This document shows, in pieces, positions 19,841-30,491 of a stretch of DNA of 64,000 nt. Made by a program: the position numbers and the translations under genes. Source of the DNA: Thermoanaerobaculia bacterium (GTDB taxonomy: Bacteria > Acidobacteriota > Thermoanaerobaculia > Multivoradales > Multivoraceae); assembly GCA_963664405.1 (NCBI GenBank), contig OY761158.1:6144001-6208000 (forward strand). Reading direction: 5' to 3'. Each line of letters starts with the position of its first letter. Positions within the stretch are counted from its first letter, which is position 1. The notes beneath the pieces were generated by a model. It was not told the origin of the DNA and searched no databases. It worked only from the letters and a program-made list of their open reading frames with translations.

Positions 19841-20476
19841 ATGAACGAACCAAGAGACATCTTCGAGATTCTCCACACCACCCGCGCGATGCGGCGACTG
19901 AAGCCCGACCCGCTGCCGGACGAGCTGGTTGACCGAATCCTCCAGGCCGGGATCTCGGCGCCCAGTGGCGGTAACCGGCAGAATTGGGGCTTCGTCGTCG
20001 TGCGCGATCCTGAGATCAAGAAACGGGTGCAGGTCTTCTACAAGCGCGCCTTCGATGAGGTGGTTGGACCGCGTTACGCTACCAGCGATCCACCCCGCGG
20101 AGTCACTAGAGATCAATACCAGCGGCAACATCGGGCAGTCGAGTACCTCACCGATCACTTCCACGAGGCGCCGGTGTGGATTGTCGCCTGCCTGGACTCC
20201 GGCGCGACGCGACCGGGACGGGGCGCCGGCGCGTCGATTTACCCGGCGGTGCAGAACATGCTGCTGGCGGCTCGGGCGTTGGGACTCGGTGCGACGCTGA
20301 CCACGCGGCATATGTTGCACGGTAGGGAGGTTGACGAGATCTTGCGCCTTCCCGAAGGCATACACTCTTACGCGATCGTACCCATCGGCTACCCCATGGG
20401 CCGCTTTGGGCCGGTGCGCCGGTCGCAAAGAGGGATCGTGTTCGAAGACACCTGGGGCGGTCCCCGGAGTGGATAG
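19841..20476 (+). CDS. Nitroreductase family protein
   Basis: TTRAMRRLKPDP, APSGGNRQNW, IYPAVQNMLLAARALGLG, PIGYP. Confidence 0.9.
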   Translation: MNEPRDIFEILHTTRAMRRLKPDPLPDELVDRILQAGISAPSGGNRQNWGFVVVRDPEIKKRVQVFYKRAFDEVVGPRYATSDPPRGVTRDQYQRQHRAVEYLTDHFHEAPVWIVACLDSGATRPGRGAGASIYPAVQNMLLAARALGLGATLTTRHMLHGREVDEILRLPEGIHSYAIVPIGYPMGRFGPVRRSQRGIVFEDTWGGPRSG

Positions 20477-20485
20477 AGCCCCGGT

Positions 20486-21592
20486 TCAGCGACCCTTGTT
20501 TTCGTAGTACTCCTTTTCCAGCTGCCGGGCCCCACGCAGCATGCCGCCCATCGAGTAGTTGCCTTCGTGGCAGGCGTACTCGAAGAGCCTCTGATCGGTG
20601 CGGGGGAAGGGGAGTGAACCACCGTAAGCGGCTGTCCGGTCCGGGTCTTCGACCTCGAACTCGTACATCAGAGTGTCTTTGTCGATGCGGGTGAAGCGCT
20701 CGACGACGTGCCGGCCTTCGTGAGGCTGGCCGGGGCTGCGCACGAGCGCGGATCCTTCCTTGGAGTAGGCGGCCGCTTCGGGCTTGTGCGGAACGCTGGC
20801 ACGCTTGAAATTGGTAGTGTCGACGACCAGAGTGTCGCCCTCCCACCAGCCGATCGAGTCACCGCCCCAGGAGATCATCTCCGCCGGCAGGTGTTCGGCC
20901 GGGCGCCCGTTGGCGGTGAGGCGTATCACCCGCGCCCAGTGCTGCCACTCGACCAGAATCGTGACGTGGGTGTCAGTCTGTGTGATGGTCTTCACATTGT
21001 TGTAGGTCGTGGGCTGCATCGGTACGGTTGCGCCGCCGCTGTAGAGGCAGCGGGTGGTGTGAGTCTGGTACTCGGGGTGGTCGTATAGGTCGTCGTCGGC
21101 CTCGAGCCACCAAGCGTCGCCCGGGTTCTTGTTGTAGATGCCGAGAGTCCTGGCCTGCATTGCCCTGCCCTGGTCGGAGAGAGGGGGCAGCTGTCCGTTG
21201 GAGGGATTGGTGATCACCGAGTTGCGATACTTGCCATCCACCTTGAAGGCGCCAGAGCCACGATCCCACCAGAATCGATTGTGCCCGCCGATGTTACTCG
21301 GGTGCCCGTCACCACCCGTGGGGGGCGCCGGCCGGTCGCCGTCGATGGGGGCGATGTCGTGCTCGTAACCGTCTGCGGCACTGGAGGCGATGTCCTGGGC
21401 CTCTTCGTCGGTCATATAGGGCGACTCGCCGTACTTGGGATTGCGCGTGAACGGCGTCAGCCATTTGATGTCGTAGGTCCCGGAGAGATCCGGCTTGCCG
21501 TCATGTCGTCGGGGAGCTTCCTCCTCCGCTCCCATGATCGGGGCGTACACCAGGCAGAGAAGGACGATCAGGAATAGTCTCGTTGTTCGCAT
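20486..21592 (-). CDS. Conserved secreted hypothetical protein
   Basis: Signal peptide; DGKPDLSG, GDSIGWWEGDTLVVDT, VVERFTR and EYACHEGNY motifs of an uncharacterised family. Confidence 0.75.
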   Translation of the reverse strand: MRTTRLFLIVLLCLVYAPIMGAEEEAPRRHDGKPDLSGTYDIKWLTPFTRNPKYGESPYMTDEEAQDIASSAADGYEHDIAPIDGDRPAPPTGGDGHPSNIGGHNRFWWDRGSGAFKVDGKYRNSVITNPSNGQLPPLSDQGRAMQARTLGIYNKNPGDAWWLEADDDLYDHPEYQTHTTRCLYSGGATVPMQPTTYNNVKTITQTDTHVTILVEWQHWARVIRLTANGRPAEHLPAEMISWGGDSIGWWEGDTLVVDTTNFKRASVPHKPEAAAYSKEGSALVRSPGQPHEGRHVVERFTRIDKDTLMYEFEVEDPDRTAAYGGSLPFPRTDQRLFEYACHEGNYSMGGMLRGARQLEKEYYENKGR

Positions 21593-21805
21593 GTTCGGTT
21601 TCTCCATTCAGCTTTCATGATCAGACAAGACATTCTTGCGCGGTTTCGCTGTTTCCGCCATCCCTGGTGGAAAGCTTATGCAGAGTCGACGGTGGGCGCT
21701 TGCCGCCTTGGTCGGGGCCATTCCCTGGGAGGAACCCGGCGGGCAAAGCCCGAGCCACGTCGGGCCCGCTGCGCTATATTGCAGCCTTCACGGAGGTAAC
21801 CCCTA

Positions 21806-23221
21806 ATGAAGATGTTCTTTCTTGGTAAGTGGGTCGAGAAGTCGGAGACGATCGAGGTCAAGAACCCCTATGACGGCTCTGTTGTCGATACGGTGCCGAA
21901 GGGCGACGCGGGAGATGTCGACGCCGCCATCGCCGGCGCGGTCGAGGGCGCTGAGATCATGCGTCGGATGCCGGCCTACGACCGGTCGCAGATCCTGCGC
22001 AAGGCAGCGCAACTGATGCACGAGCGCGAGGACGAGCTCGGGCGCGTCATCGCTCAGGAGGAAGGTAAGACGCTGGCCGAAGGCGTCTTCGAGGCCTCGA
22101 GGGCGGTGGAGACGATGGATGTCTCGGCCGAGGAAGCCAAGAGACTGACCGGTGAGGTCCTTCCGCTCGACGGGGCTCCCGGTGCGGCGGGGCGGCTGGG
22201 CATCACGCTGCGGGTTCCCTGCGGCGTCGTTGCGGCGATCACGCCCTTCAACTTCCCCCTCAATCTGGTGTGCCACAAGGTCGGGCCGGCGCTGGCGGCG
22301 GGCAACTCGGTGATCGTCAAGCCCGCAACGGACACCCCGCTCTCCGCCTTGAAGCTGGTAGAGATTCTGCTCGAAGCGGGGCTGCCTCCGTTGGCGATTA
22401 CGTGTGTGACCGGCCCGGGAGGAGAGATCGGTAAGGTCATCTCCGGCGATTCGCGGGTGCGCAAGATCAGCTTTACCGGAAGCCGCGACGTAGGAGAGGT
22501 CATCTGCCGGGACGCCGGTCTCAAGCGAGTGACGATGGAGCTGGGCTCGAACAGTCCGCTGATCGTGATGGAAGATGCAGACATGGAGAAGGTCGCCGCA
22601 GCGACCGTGGCCACCGGCTACTCGAACGCCGGTCAGGTTTGCATCTCGGCCCAACGAGTCATCGCGCTGGACGGTGTGTATGAGGAGTTCCTCGACGCAC
22701 TGACTCCGCAGGTTGCCGCCATCGCCGCCGGAGATCAGCTCGCGGACGGCACCACCATGGGGCCGATGATTCGCGAGAGCGATGCGGTGCGGGTGGGGGA
22801 GTGGATCGACGAGGCCGTGGCCGCAGGGGCTCGCGTGCTCGTCGGTGGAGGCCGGCAGGGCGCTCTACTCGAGCCGACTCTAGTCGCGGACATGCAGCCG
22901 GATATGCGCATCAGTCGCGAGGAGATCTTCGGACCCGCGGTGGGTGTCGCTCGAGCCGCCGATATCGACCAGGCGATCGCCCTGGCCAACGACTCCCGCT
23001 ACGGACTCAGCGCCGCGATTTTCACCCAGAATATCGACTCGGCGCTCAAGTTCGCGCGCGAGGTCGAGTCAGGCAATATTCACATCAACTGGGGGCCGCA
23101 GTGGCGCGCCGATCTCATGCCCTACGGCGGACTGAAAGAGAGCGGCTTCGGTAAAGAAGGACCGAAGTACGCCATCCACGAGATGACCGAGATGAAGACG
23201 GTCATCTTTCACGGGAGTTGA
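21806..23221 (+). CDS. Aldehyde dehydrogenase
   Basis: ITPFNFP, SFTGS, ELGSN, GQVCIS, EEIFGP, PYGGLKESGFG. Confidence 0.95.
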   Translation: MKMFFLGKWVEKSETIEVKNPYDGSVVDTVPKGDAGDVDAAIAGAVEGAEIMRRMPAYDRSQILRKAAQLMHEREDELGRVIAQEEGKTLAEGVFEASRAVETMDVSAEEAKRLTGEVLPLDGAPGAAGRLGITLRVPCGVVAAITPFNFPLNLVCHKVGPALAAGNSVIVKPATDTPLSALKLVEILLEAGLPPLAITCVTGPGGEIGKVISGDSRVRKISFTGSRDVGEVICRDAGLKRVTMELGSNSPLIVMEDADMEKVAAATVATGYSNAGQVCISAQRVIALDGVYEEFLDALTPQVAAIAAGDQLADGTTMGPMIRESDAVRVGEWIDEAVAAGARVLVGGGRQGALLEPTLVADMQPDMRISREEIFGPAVGVARAADIDQAIALANDSRYGLSAAIFTQNIDSALKFAREVESGNIHINWGPQWRADLMPYGGLKESGFGKEGPKYAIHEMTEMKTVIFHGS

Positions 23222-23961
23222 GTACGGTGGACGATGGCGAACGCGTGGTTCGTGTCGAAGTCAACGAGGGATGGGCGGAGGTTGTGCTTGACCGACCGCA
23301 GCGTAAGAACGCTCTCACCGGGCCCCTTGCCGTACAGCTGAAGGACGCCGTGATCCGGCTGAACGGCGATGAGGAGATCGCCGCGATCGTGCTGCGGGGC
23401 GAGGGGGGAAGCTTCTGCTCGGGGATCGATCTCAAGGAGCTCCAGGCGGATCCGCCACACCCCTGGGCCGCGGATCTTCAGCGGGATCTTCGTGCAGCGC
23501 ACCTAGCTCTTTTCGCCTGCACAGTGCCGATCTTCGGGGCGTTCGAGCGCTACGGGATCAATGCCGGCGCTGCGGTGGCGCTCGCCTGCGATGTGTTGAT
23601 AGCAGGTGAGTCGGCCTTTCTCCAGATCGGTGAGATCCAGCAGGGGGCCGATATCCCGATCAATGCCGCTTGGCTGCGAATCCGTGTCGGTGAGGCCATT
23701 GCGGCACGGATCACTCTCTACGGCGATCGAGTGCCGGCCTCCGAGCTCTATCGCCTCGGTCTGGTCGCCGAAGTGGTGGCGGACGACGAGGTCCTGCCGC
23801 GGGCCCGCGCCCTTGCCGAGCGTCTCGCGGGATTTCCGAAGGGGAGTCCGGCACAGGTCAAGCGCGCGCTACGGGCCCAGGGAGCGGTCGAGGACCCCGA
23901 GGACTGGTTTCAGCTCGCCTCCGGCGCTGCTCTGCGGAGCGCGGACCAGGTTCGGGACTGA
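23218..23961 (+). CDS. Enoyl-CoA hydratase/isomerase family protein
   Basis: LDRPQRKNAL, FCSGIDL, ALACD; overlaps the ALDH stop. Confidence 0.88.
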   Translation: MSTVDDGERVVRVEVNEGWAEVVLDRPQRKNALTGPLAVQLKDAVIRLNGDEEIAAIVLRGEGGSFCSGIDLKELQADPPHPWAADLQRDLRAAHLALFACTVPIFGAFERYGINAGAAVALACDVLIAGESAFLQIGEIQQGADIPINAAWLRIRVGEAIAARITLYGDRVPASELYRLGLVAEVVADDEVLPRARALAERLAGFPKGSPAQVKRALRAQGAVEDPEDWFQLASGAALRSADQVRD

Positions 23962-24083
23962 AGCCAGGGCGAGGTCGAATCACCAGTTCGGCGGTCGCAC
24001 CCAGTCGGGGGGCGGTGGAGCGACTTCCTTGGTCTGTATCGGTGGCTCGTGAGCCGCACTGCCGGTCTTGCCTGGGCGCGGGA

Positions 24084-25466
24084 TCAGCAGCTTCGATTCG
24101 CGACCAGGCCGATCGGGCGCGCCGTCGCAGGAACGTCGATGCCGGGATCGACAGGCCAGTTGGGGCCGTCCCCCAACTCCTCACGTGCCTGGTCGAGCAG
24201 GCCCTCCAAGCGCTCAGTGATCTCGCGGTTCCGGGCCGCGACATCGGTGGTCTCGGAGATGTCGGTTTCGAGGTCGTAGAGCTCGCCGTTGGCATGGAGC
24301 TTCCAACGGCCACTTCGAACGGCGCCCAGTTGGTAGCCTTTGTAGTAGTAGAGGGCATCGTAGTGAGAGGCTCGCTCGATCTCGCCCAAAAAGACGCGAG
24401 AGATGTCGTGACCGTCGATGACCCGATCGGTCGGCGCCGTGGTGCCCGCCAGTGCGGCGAAGGTCGGAAGGACATCCATCGTGCTTGCCACTCCGTCATA
24501 GGAGACACCGGCAGGTACGGTTCCCGGCCACCAGGCGATGGTGGGCTCGCGCATGCCACCTTCATAGGTGCTGCCTTTGCGTCCCCGCAGGGGGCCCGCA
24601 CTGCCGCGGGCCGGGCCGTTGTCCGAGGTGAATAGGACGAAGGTGTCTTCGGCCAGGCCGAGCTCTTCCAGCTTGGAGAGAACCTGGCCGACGCTCCAGT
24701 CGAGCTCCTCGATGGCATCGCCCAGAATCCCATTGCTGGAGTTTCCGCGGAACGCGTCTCCCGCGTACAGCGGGACGTGAACCATGGTGTGCGCCAGATA
24801 GAGAAAGAAGGGCGTCTGCTGATTCTGCTCGATGAAGCGGAGGGCCTCTTCCGTGTAGCTCCCGGTCAGGAAAGACTGGTCCTCTGGGACCTCGAGGATG
24901 ACTTCGTTGTTGCGGAGCAGCGGGATCGGAGGATAGTTCCGCGGGCTGCGAGGCATGAAGGGGCTCATGTCGTTCGAGTAGGGGAGCCCGTAGTAGGAGT
25001 CGAAGCCGTTTTGGGTCGGCAGGAACTCCGGCTGATCGCCAAGATGCCACTTACCCACCATTCCGGTCGCGTAACCCTGCTCGCGGAGGATCTCGGCGAC
25101 AGTTAGCTCATCGGCATGGATGCCCTGGGTGTCGGCCGGCATCAGGACCGGGTGCCAGGAGCCGGTTTGGAGACCGTTGCGAATCGGGTAGGAGCCGGTC
25201 ATCAATGCCGCTCGAGAGGGGGTGCAGAGAGGGGCGGCGTAGAAGCTGGTCAGCTTCATCCCTTCGGCGGCCATGCGGTCGAGGTGTGGCGTGCGATTGG
25301 CCGTCGAGCCGAAGGGGCCGATGTCTCCGTAGCCCATGTCATCGATGAAGATGATCACCAGGTTCGGCAGCCGCTCGACGACCTCTTCCGGTGTGCCCGT
25401 CGAGCACGAGCAGATGCACAAGAGAACCGCGAGGAGCGTTGCTCGATCCGTCACGCGACTGATCAT
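24084..25466 (-). CDS. Arylsulfatase A-like lipoprotein; possible 1-bp frameshift near 24094, true end possibly 23980
   Basis: PNLVIIFIDDMGYGD, CTPSRAALMTG, GKWHLG, SDNGP, GSTYEGGMR. Confidence 0.92.
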   Translation of the reverse strand: MISRVTDRATLLAVLLCICSCSTGTPEEVVERLPNLVIIFIDDMGYGDIGPFGSTANRTPHLDRMAAEGMKLTSFYAAPLCTPSRAALMTGSYPIRNGLQTGSWHPVLMPADTQGIHADELTVAEILREQGYATGMVGKWHLGDQPEFLPTQNGFDSYYGLPYSNDMSPFMPRSPRNYPPIPLLRNNEVILEVPEDQSFLTGSYTEEALRFIEQNQQTPFFLYLAHTMVHVPLYAGDAFRGNSSNGILGDAIEELDWSVGQVLSKLEELGLAEDTFVLFTSDNGPARGSAGPLRGRKGSTYEGGMREPTIAWWPGTVPAGVSYDGVASTMDVLPTFAALAGTTAPTDRVIDGHDISRVFLGEIERASHYDALYYYKGYQLGAVRSGRWKLHANGELYDLETDISETTDVAARNREITERLEGLLDQAREELGDGPNWPVDPGIDVPATARPIGLVANRSC

Positions 25467-25499
25467 TTAGGAAGGTCTGACCTGATCATCTGTAGGTGT

Positions 25500-25637
25500 C
25501 CGAATGCGCCGTCCTCGGCGCCATGTTCAACATCCGGAGGAAATGATAGCGATCATTTCCGTAGGAGTCTGAATGCGCCGTCCTCGGCGCCATGTCATTT
25601 AGCTTTTGGAAATGATACTCATCATTTCCGAAAGCTA
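25500..25637. repeat. Two tandem double-hairpin REP-like units
   Basis: GAATGCGCCGTCCTCGGCGCCATGT at 25502 and 25571, each followed by GGAAATGAT-N4-ATCATTTCC; third copy at 34349. Confidence 0.8.
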
Positions 25638-26441
25638 ATGTCTTATTCGGTCGGTGAGTTGGAGGACGAAGCCGCCTGCGTCTTTCGGGTGAACGAACCA
25701 GTGGGGGTCGTTATGGACGTGTCGGACTCCGGCTTCGTCGGCCCGCGCCAACGTCTGCTCGAGATCGGCGACCGGGGTGGCCACCGCCTGGACGCCCTCC
25801 CCCGCCTTCTCGAGGCGATCCGCGACCGCCGAGGACTGACCCGCGAGCGGGCTGATGAGCTCCACCATCTGTTCTCCGAGCTCGAGTCTGGCAGCTTCGA
25901 AAGCGCCACCAGAGATCGGGTGCACGCCCATTTGAATGGCTGTGGCGCCGGTGATCTTTTCCCATCTCGAGCTCGCGCTCCGGAGGTCGGCGACTCGCAC
26001 CGCGACGTGGTCGAGACGGGCGCTTGCTGAGCCGCCACCGCCCCCAAGGTCGATTCGGGGTGTTAGCTGCACGAGGATCCCGTTGGCGGATTTTGGATGA
26101 ACGAAGACATGGCCGTCGGCCTCGAGGAGCCGGGCCCCGTCCGCCTCGAGTGCCGCGCGAGTAGCATCGAGGTCCGGAGCCGGGAGGCACACCAGATAGA
26201 ACCCCGGACCGCTCGCTTGCAAGCGTCGTTGGATAGCTCTTCCGATGCCGGCTTCGGGCTCGCCGAGAGGCTGGGCGAGCTCGATCATCGCCGCGCCGAG
26301 CTCGAAGCGCCAAAGACTGGCGGAACCGTCGGGAGAGGGATGCTGCGAAGGGCTGGCGCCGGTGACGGCTTCGTAGGTGCGGACGAACCTTGGGTCGTCG
26401 ATGGCGACGACGATGTGATCGAGAGTGCTTGGTTGGCTCAT
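25635..26441 (-). CDS. Two-domain VOC family protein (methylmalonyl-CoA epimerase-like)
   Basis: Duplicated LDH(I/V).(V/A)..D / IELxxPL / FVHPK...G...QLT modules. Confidence 0.85.
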   Translation of the reverse strand: MSQPSTLDHIVVAIDDPRFVRTYEAVTGASPSQHPSPDGSASLWRFELGAAMIELAQPLGEPEAGIGRAIQRRLQASGPGFYLVCLPAPDLDATRAALEADGARLLEADGHVFVHPKSANGILVQLTPRIDLGGGGGSASARLDHVAVRVADLRSASSRWEKITGATAIQMGVHPISGGAFEAARLELGEQMVELISPLAGQSSAVADRLEKAGEGVQAVATPVADLEQTLARADEAGVRHVHNDPHWFVHPKDAGGFVLQLTDRIRH

Positions 26442-26497
26442 GGGTCGTAACTCGCCTTTCGGAGATGGGAGAAACCTAGTCTAGCGAAGCTTGGCGC

Positions 26498-27484
26498 TCA
26501 GAAGGCGGCGACGCGCTCGATCACCCAGAAGGTCGCGATGCTGCCGAGACTGTAGGCGGCGGCTCGTTCGAGAAGGCGCTGCCGTCGCGGGGTCCGGAGT
26601 AGGCGGTAGAGGCCCCACAGAGTGATACCGAAGAGACTCGCGAACGCAATCTGACCGGCCTCGATGCCGAGATTGAACAGCAGCAGAGTCAGCGCCAGAT
26701 CACCCCGCGGCAGGTCTATCTGAAGTAGGGCCCCGGCGAAGCCGAATCCGTGCAGGAGTCCGAAGGCGAAGGCCATGCGCCAGGGTCGCGACAGGCCGTC
26801 ATCTCGGTCGTTGCGGCGGGCGATCTCGTACGCTAAGTAGACAATCGACAGAGCGATGAAGACCTCGACCGGTGGGGATGGCACACGGACGAGATCGAGG
26901 ACGGTCAGCCCGAGCGTGAGCGAGTGAGCCAGGGTGAAGGCGGTGATCGTCTCGACGATAGGGCGGGTCGAGCGAAGAAGGAGAATCATTCCGGCGACGA
27001 AGAAGAGGTGATCGAGCCCGCCGAAGATGTGCTCGACGCCCAACAAGAAACGATCCTTGATGCCCGTGACACCGCCGCTCAGCGGCACCTCGGTGAAGGC
27101 TTCCGAGAAGACGCGCGCCGAGCGGTTAGCCTCGAGGTCCTCGACCCGCACCAGCACCTCGACGAAGCCGCCGTCGATGCCGACCAGGCCGAGCACCGGG
27201 GGCGGGCCGTCGAGAGCGCAGGAGAAGGTCCGTTGGATCACCAGGTTGCCCGGCCGCTCGTAGCGGCGCTCGGCGACGGTGTCTTCGCACTGAGACGGAA
27301 GGCGCGTTTCGATCGGCCACGCCGAGCGTCCGAGCATCGGAACCTTGAGCGCCGAGGTGTACTCGCGGGGAGCGGTCTCGCGGATGTCGAGAAACGCCAT
27401 CCGCGTCTCGTGCGCGCCGGTCGCAATCGGGTACAGGAGGAGGCCGAGAAAAGCCGAGCCCGACAACCACAGCGGTGAGCGCAC
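26498..27484 (-). CDS. HupE/UreJ family membrane protein
   Basis: AHE at the mature N-terminus; GVEHIFGGLDHLFF, TAFTLAHSLTL, FGLLHGFGFA, FNLGIEAGQ. Confidence 0.9.
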   Translation of the reverse strand: MRSPLWLSGSAFLGLLLYPIATGAHETRMAFLDIRETAPREYTSALKVPMLGRSAWPIETRLPSQCEDTVAERRYERPGNLVIQRTFSCALDGPPPVLGLVGIDGGFVEVLVRVEDLEANRSARVFSEAFTEVPLSGGVTGIKDRFLLGVEHIFGGLDHLFFVAGMILLLRSTRPIVETITAFTLAHSLTLGLTVLDLVRVPSPPVEVFIALSIVYLAYEIARRNDRDDGLSRPWRMAFAFGLLHGFGFAGALLQIDLPRGDLALTLLLFNLGIEAGQIAFASLFGITLWGLYRLLRTPRRQRLLERAAAYSLGSIATFWVIERVAAF

Positions 27485-27488
27485 CTCC

Positions 27489-28385
27489 CTAGTCTCCCGT
27501 GTTGCTCGGCAAGGGCTGGCTTTTGGCGGCCGGATAGGGGGCTACTTCGACTTCGTAAAGCGCAAGCATTTCGCGGTAGCGTTGCTCCTCCTCCGCGTCA
27601 CCGGTCTCTCGACGCCAATCCTCGAGCACCTGCTCTCGTGCGTCTTCGAAGTCTCGCTGGCGTGACGGTGTGAAGGTGTCGATTCGAACCAGGTGGAATC
27701 CGTAGGCGGAGGGAACAGGGCCGAACCACGAATCCGCGCCGTCGGGGCCGCTCGCACGAGTGAGTAGCGCATCTCGAAATGCAGTGCCGAATACCCGCAC
27801 CAGTCGCTGGCTACTCTGCTCTGTCAGCGTCTTCGACGCGTGGAAGCTGTCATCGTCGACAGCGTCGCCCTGATGGAGGCGCTCGAGGGCGGCGGCAGCG
27901 TCCGCTGCCGCTCGCTCGCCGCGCTCATCGGCGTTGAAGAATTTGTGGGTCAGGCTCAGCTCTGCCGATTCTCGGTAGCGCTCGAGGTTCGCATTGTAAT
28001 GCGCTCGCAGCTCGCCTTCTTTCGGCTCGGTCATCGCCACGACGTCGATGAGTGCGAGCTCGAGCTTGTCGGCGAGGCGTCGGCGTACCAAGGCGTCGTT
28101 GTCGTCGAGATTGAGTGCGAGCGCCTCGCGGTAGAAGACCTCCTCCCGGATGCGGTCGGCGACCATTCCGGAGAGCTCGGCTTCGGTCGGGGGCCGTCGC
28201 CATTGCGCATGCCACAGTGCCGTCAGCCGTTGGAGCTCGTAGTGGTCGATGGTGATCTTGCGCTGTCTTGCTTCGTCGCTGCCGCCGCCGATCGCGTAGA
28301 AGACGAAGCCGAGCGCGCCCAGGGCGAGAAAGTGGGTGAGGGGATCGCGCAGGATGCGCCGTGCCCTGGACCCTCCCGTGGCCAA
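27489..28385 (-). CDS. PpiC/rotamase-type peptidyl-prolyl isomerase
   Basis: RDPLTHFLALG anchor, REEVFYREALAL.LD..D..VRRRL, WFGPVPSAYGFHLV. Confidence 0.88.
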   Translation of the reverse strand: MATGGSRARRILRDPLTHFLALGALGFVFYAIGGGSDEARQRKITIDHYELQRLTALWHAQWRRPPTEAELSGMVADRIREEVFYREALALNLDDNDALVRRRLADKLELALIDVVAMTEPKEGELRAHYNANLERYRESAELSLTHKFFNADERGERAAADAAAALERLHQGDAVDDDSFHASKTLTEQSSQRLVRVFGTAFRDALLTRASGPDGADSWFGPVPSAYGFHLVRIDTFTPSRQRDFEDAREQVLEDWRRETGDAEEEQRYREMLALYEVEVAPYPAAKSQPLPSNTGD

Positions 28386-28386
28386 A

Positions 28387-30110
28387 CTACTCGTCGGGCT
28401 GATACCAGATCGGCGACGTATAGGCCCGCTCCTGCAGTGTCGGCGCGAGATCTCCCCGCGGCGGCAGTCCGGCGGCAGCGGTGTCGTAGGTCGACCAGCG
28501 TGGGGTCGGAATCTCGATCACGCGCAGGTAATAGAAGGCCGGCACGTCGGCATCGAAATCAGGATCGGTCCACACCGCCCGCAGGGTCGCGGCGCCAATA
28601 TCGTTGGTGTACGTCGCTTTCCATACGTCGACCGTGTTGCCGACGGGCGGCGCCTTGTCGGTGGGGCCGACTTCGCGGCCGTCCGACAGCGTCAGATCGT
28701 AGATGCGCTCGAAGGTCTCGCCGTCGTCGGTCCAGCCCTTGATCAACTGGATACGGTCGAGATTTGCGCCCTTCGGATCTTTCGCCGCCCATACGACGAA
28801 GTGTGGGGGGGCGTGCGCCGACCCTCGCAGGACGCCGCCCATGGGGACGCCACCGGCATAGCCTGCCCTGACCCAGTCATTCTTATCGAGGATGTCGCTG
28901 TCATAGTGCCAGCCGCCAAAAAAACGCACCGTGATGCGGGGCCCCGTAGTGGCGTAGGTCTCGCGACGGCGTATTCCCGCGAAGAGCTCTTCGCGGGTAT
29001 TCTCCGGCGCCCAGATGGCGGTCAAGCCTGCCGCGCTGCGCCCTTGAAAAGGCATCCGGCTCCAGGTGCTCGTGGTCAGGCGCTCTTCGAGAGTGCCGTC
29101 GACCGTGTCGCCGGACATGCTGCTCATGTTGTTTTCTTCTACCGCCGAGGTGCCGGAGTGGAAGTCCGTCGCTCCCGCAAAGCCGAACTGGAAGGGGTTG
29201 TAGCCTTCCTCTGCCTGTAGCCGGACCCCGTTCCTCAGGGCTTCACGGACGTAACTGCCCGGCACTTTGCCGATTCTGCCTTCGGCGACCAGGAGCTCGG
29301 GAAAGAGCTCGAAGTCGGCAAACTCGTCATTCGGCGACATCACCGGATGGGTCTCGGAGGTACCCTTTGCCTGCGTGATCTCGACCACGGGCTCGTTGCG
29401 CATGCGCTGCACGGCGTAGCTCGCGGTCAGCGGCTCGCCGGCGAAATCGACCAGCGCGAACATCCGCCCGTCGCTCACATTCATATTGTGTGGGATCGCG
29501 ACGGCGTCGACGTTGTGCGCGCGCTGGGTATCGAGGTAATCCCAGAGGTCTTCGGGGTTATCCGAGTCTTCTCCGGAAAACGGCATTGGCAGGCCTTTAG
29601 TGTCTTCGAAGATCACACAGCGGTGAAGGTTGCCGCGGTCGATAGCAACGGTCCATTCGTAAGCGGCGAAAGTGGTGAACTCGCCCGGCGCGTTGTGCCG
29701 ATCGGCGGACGCGACGATCTTGCGCCAGACCTCACGGCCGACCTCTGGGTGGTCGAAGAGCTCCATGTTCTCTCCGGTGCGGCGGGCATTGCTCCAGTCA
29801 TAGAGGCCCTGCAGTCGGGTCTCCCGGTCGCGCGAGTTGGCTCGTTTGACGATGGGGTGGTCGCGATCAGGATGATTGGGGTCGGTGAAGGTCTGGAGGA
29901 CGCCGAGATTTTCGGCGTGGTCGGTCACCGCCATGAAATCGAAAGGCGTTCCGAGTTGAATGCGGGTGCCCCCGATGTGCGCCACCTCTTCCCCCTTGGC
30001 ATAGCGGTAGGCATCGTCGGGCGTCCGCTCCGTACCGAAGGCGAAGGCGTCATTCGAATAGCGGGTGTGGAGGTGGAGATCGCCGAAGTAGACGTTCTCG
30101 GCCGGCTCAG
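28387..30110 (-). pseudogene. DUF3604 metallohydrolase, main body, cut from its signal peptide by a transposon
   Basis: NVYFGDLHLHTRYSNDA, AYEWT, NLHRCV, KGTSETHP, ERAYTSPIWY; joins in frame with 33669-33743 once the element and one CTCAG are removed. Confidence 0.9.
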
Positions 30111-30143
30111 TGAGAGTGATCACGGTAATCGATGGCGGGCTGA

Positions 30144-30491
30144 TCACAGTAAATGATGGTCTGGGTCTTGGCTGCTGTCGCGGATGAGAGTTTCAAGGTA
30201 CCGGAGGTAGCCGTTATCGAGGGGTCTATCGCGAATCTCTCGGATGACGGGGAGGAAGTAGTGGAGACTCTGGATGGGGGTTGTGGTGTGTGCCTCGTTG
30301 CATCTCCTGGCGGCGACGAGTAGTAAGGCAGCGTTGATGGTGTCGAGGGTAACGCCGTTTCGATAGAGATGTACGGCGAGGCGGCGATCGGCGTTTCTGA
30401 CTCGTCCGGTGGTTTGGGGATGTCGTCGATAGAGCTCGAGGACGCTCTGGAGGTGCCGTCGTTGTTGCTGGGCGGATGGGGAGTCAGGCAC
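30144..30491 (-). CDS. Transposon-encoded hypothetical protein (ORF4)
   Basis: 115 aa, overlaps the ATPase stop, ends inside the terminal repeat region; PIQSLHYFLPVIRE motif. Confidence 0.7.
   Translation of the reverse strand: MPDSPSAQQQRRHLQSVLELYRRHPQTTGRVRNADRRLAVHLYRNGVTLDTINAALLLVAARRCNEAHTTTPIQSLHYFLPVIREIRDRPLDNGYLRYLETLIRDSSQDPDHHLL

Noticed and set aside
25500-25637. Repeat-spacer-repeat pattern as a CRISPR array
   Set aside because: Only two units, the 'spacers' contain a conserved second hairpin, and there are no cas genes; treated as REP-like.
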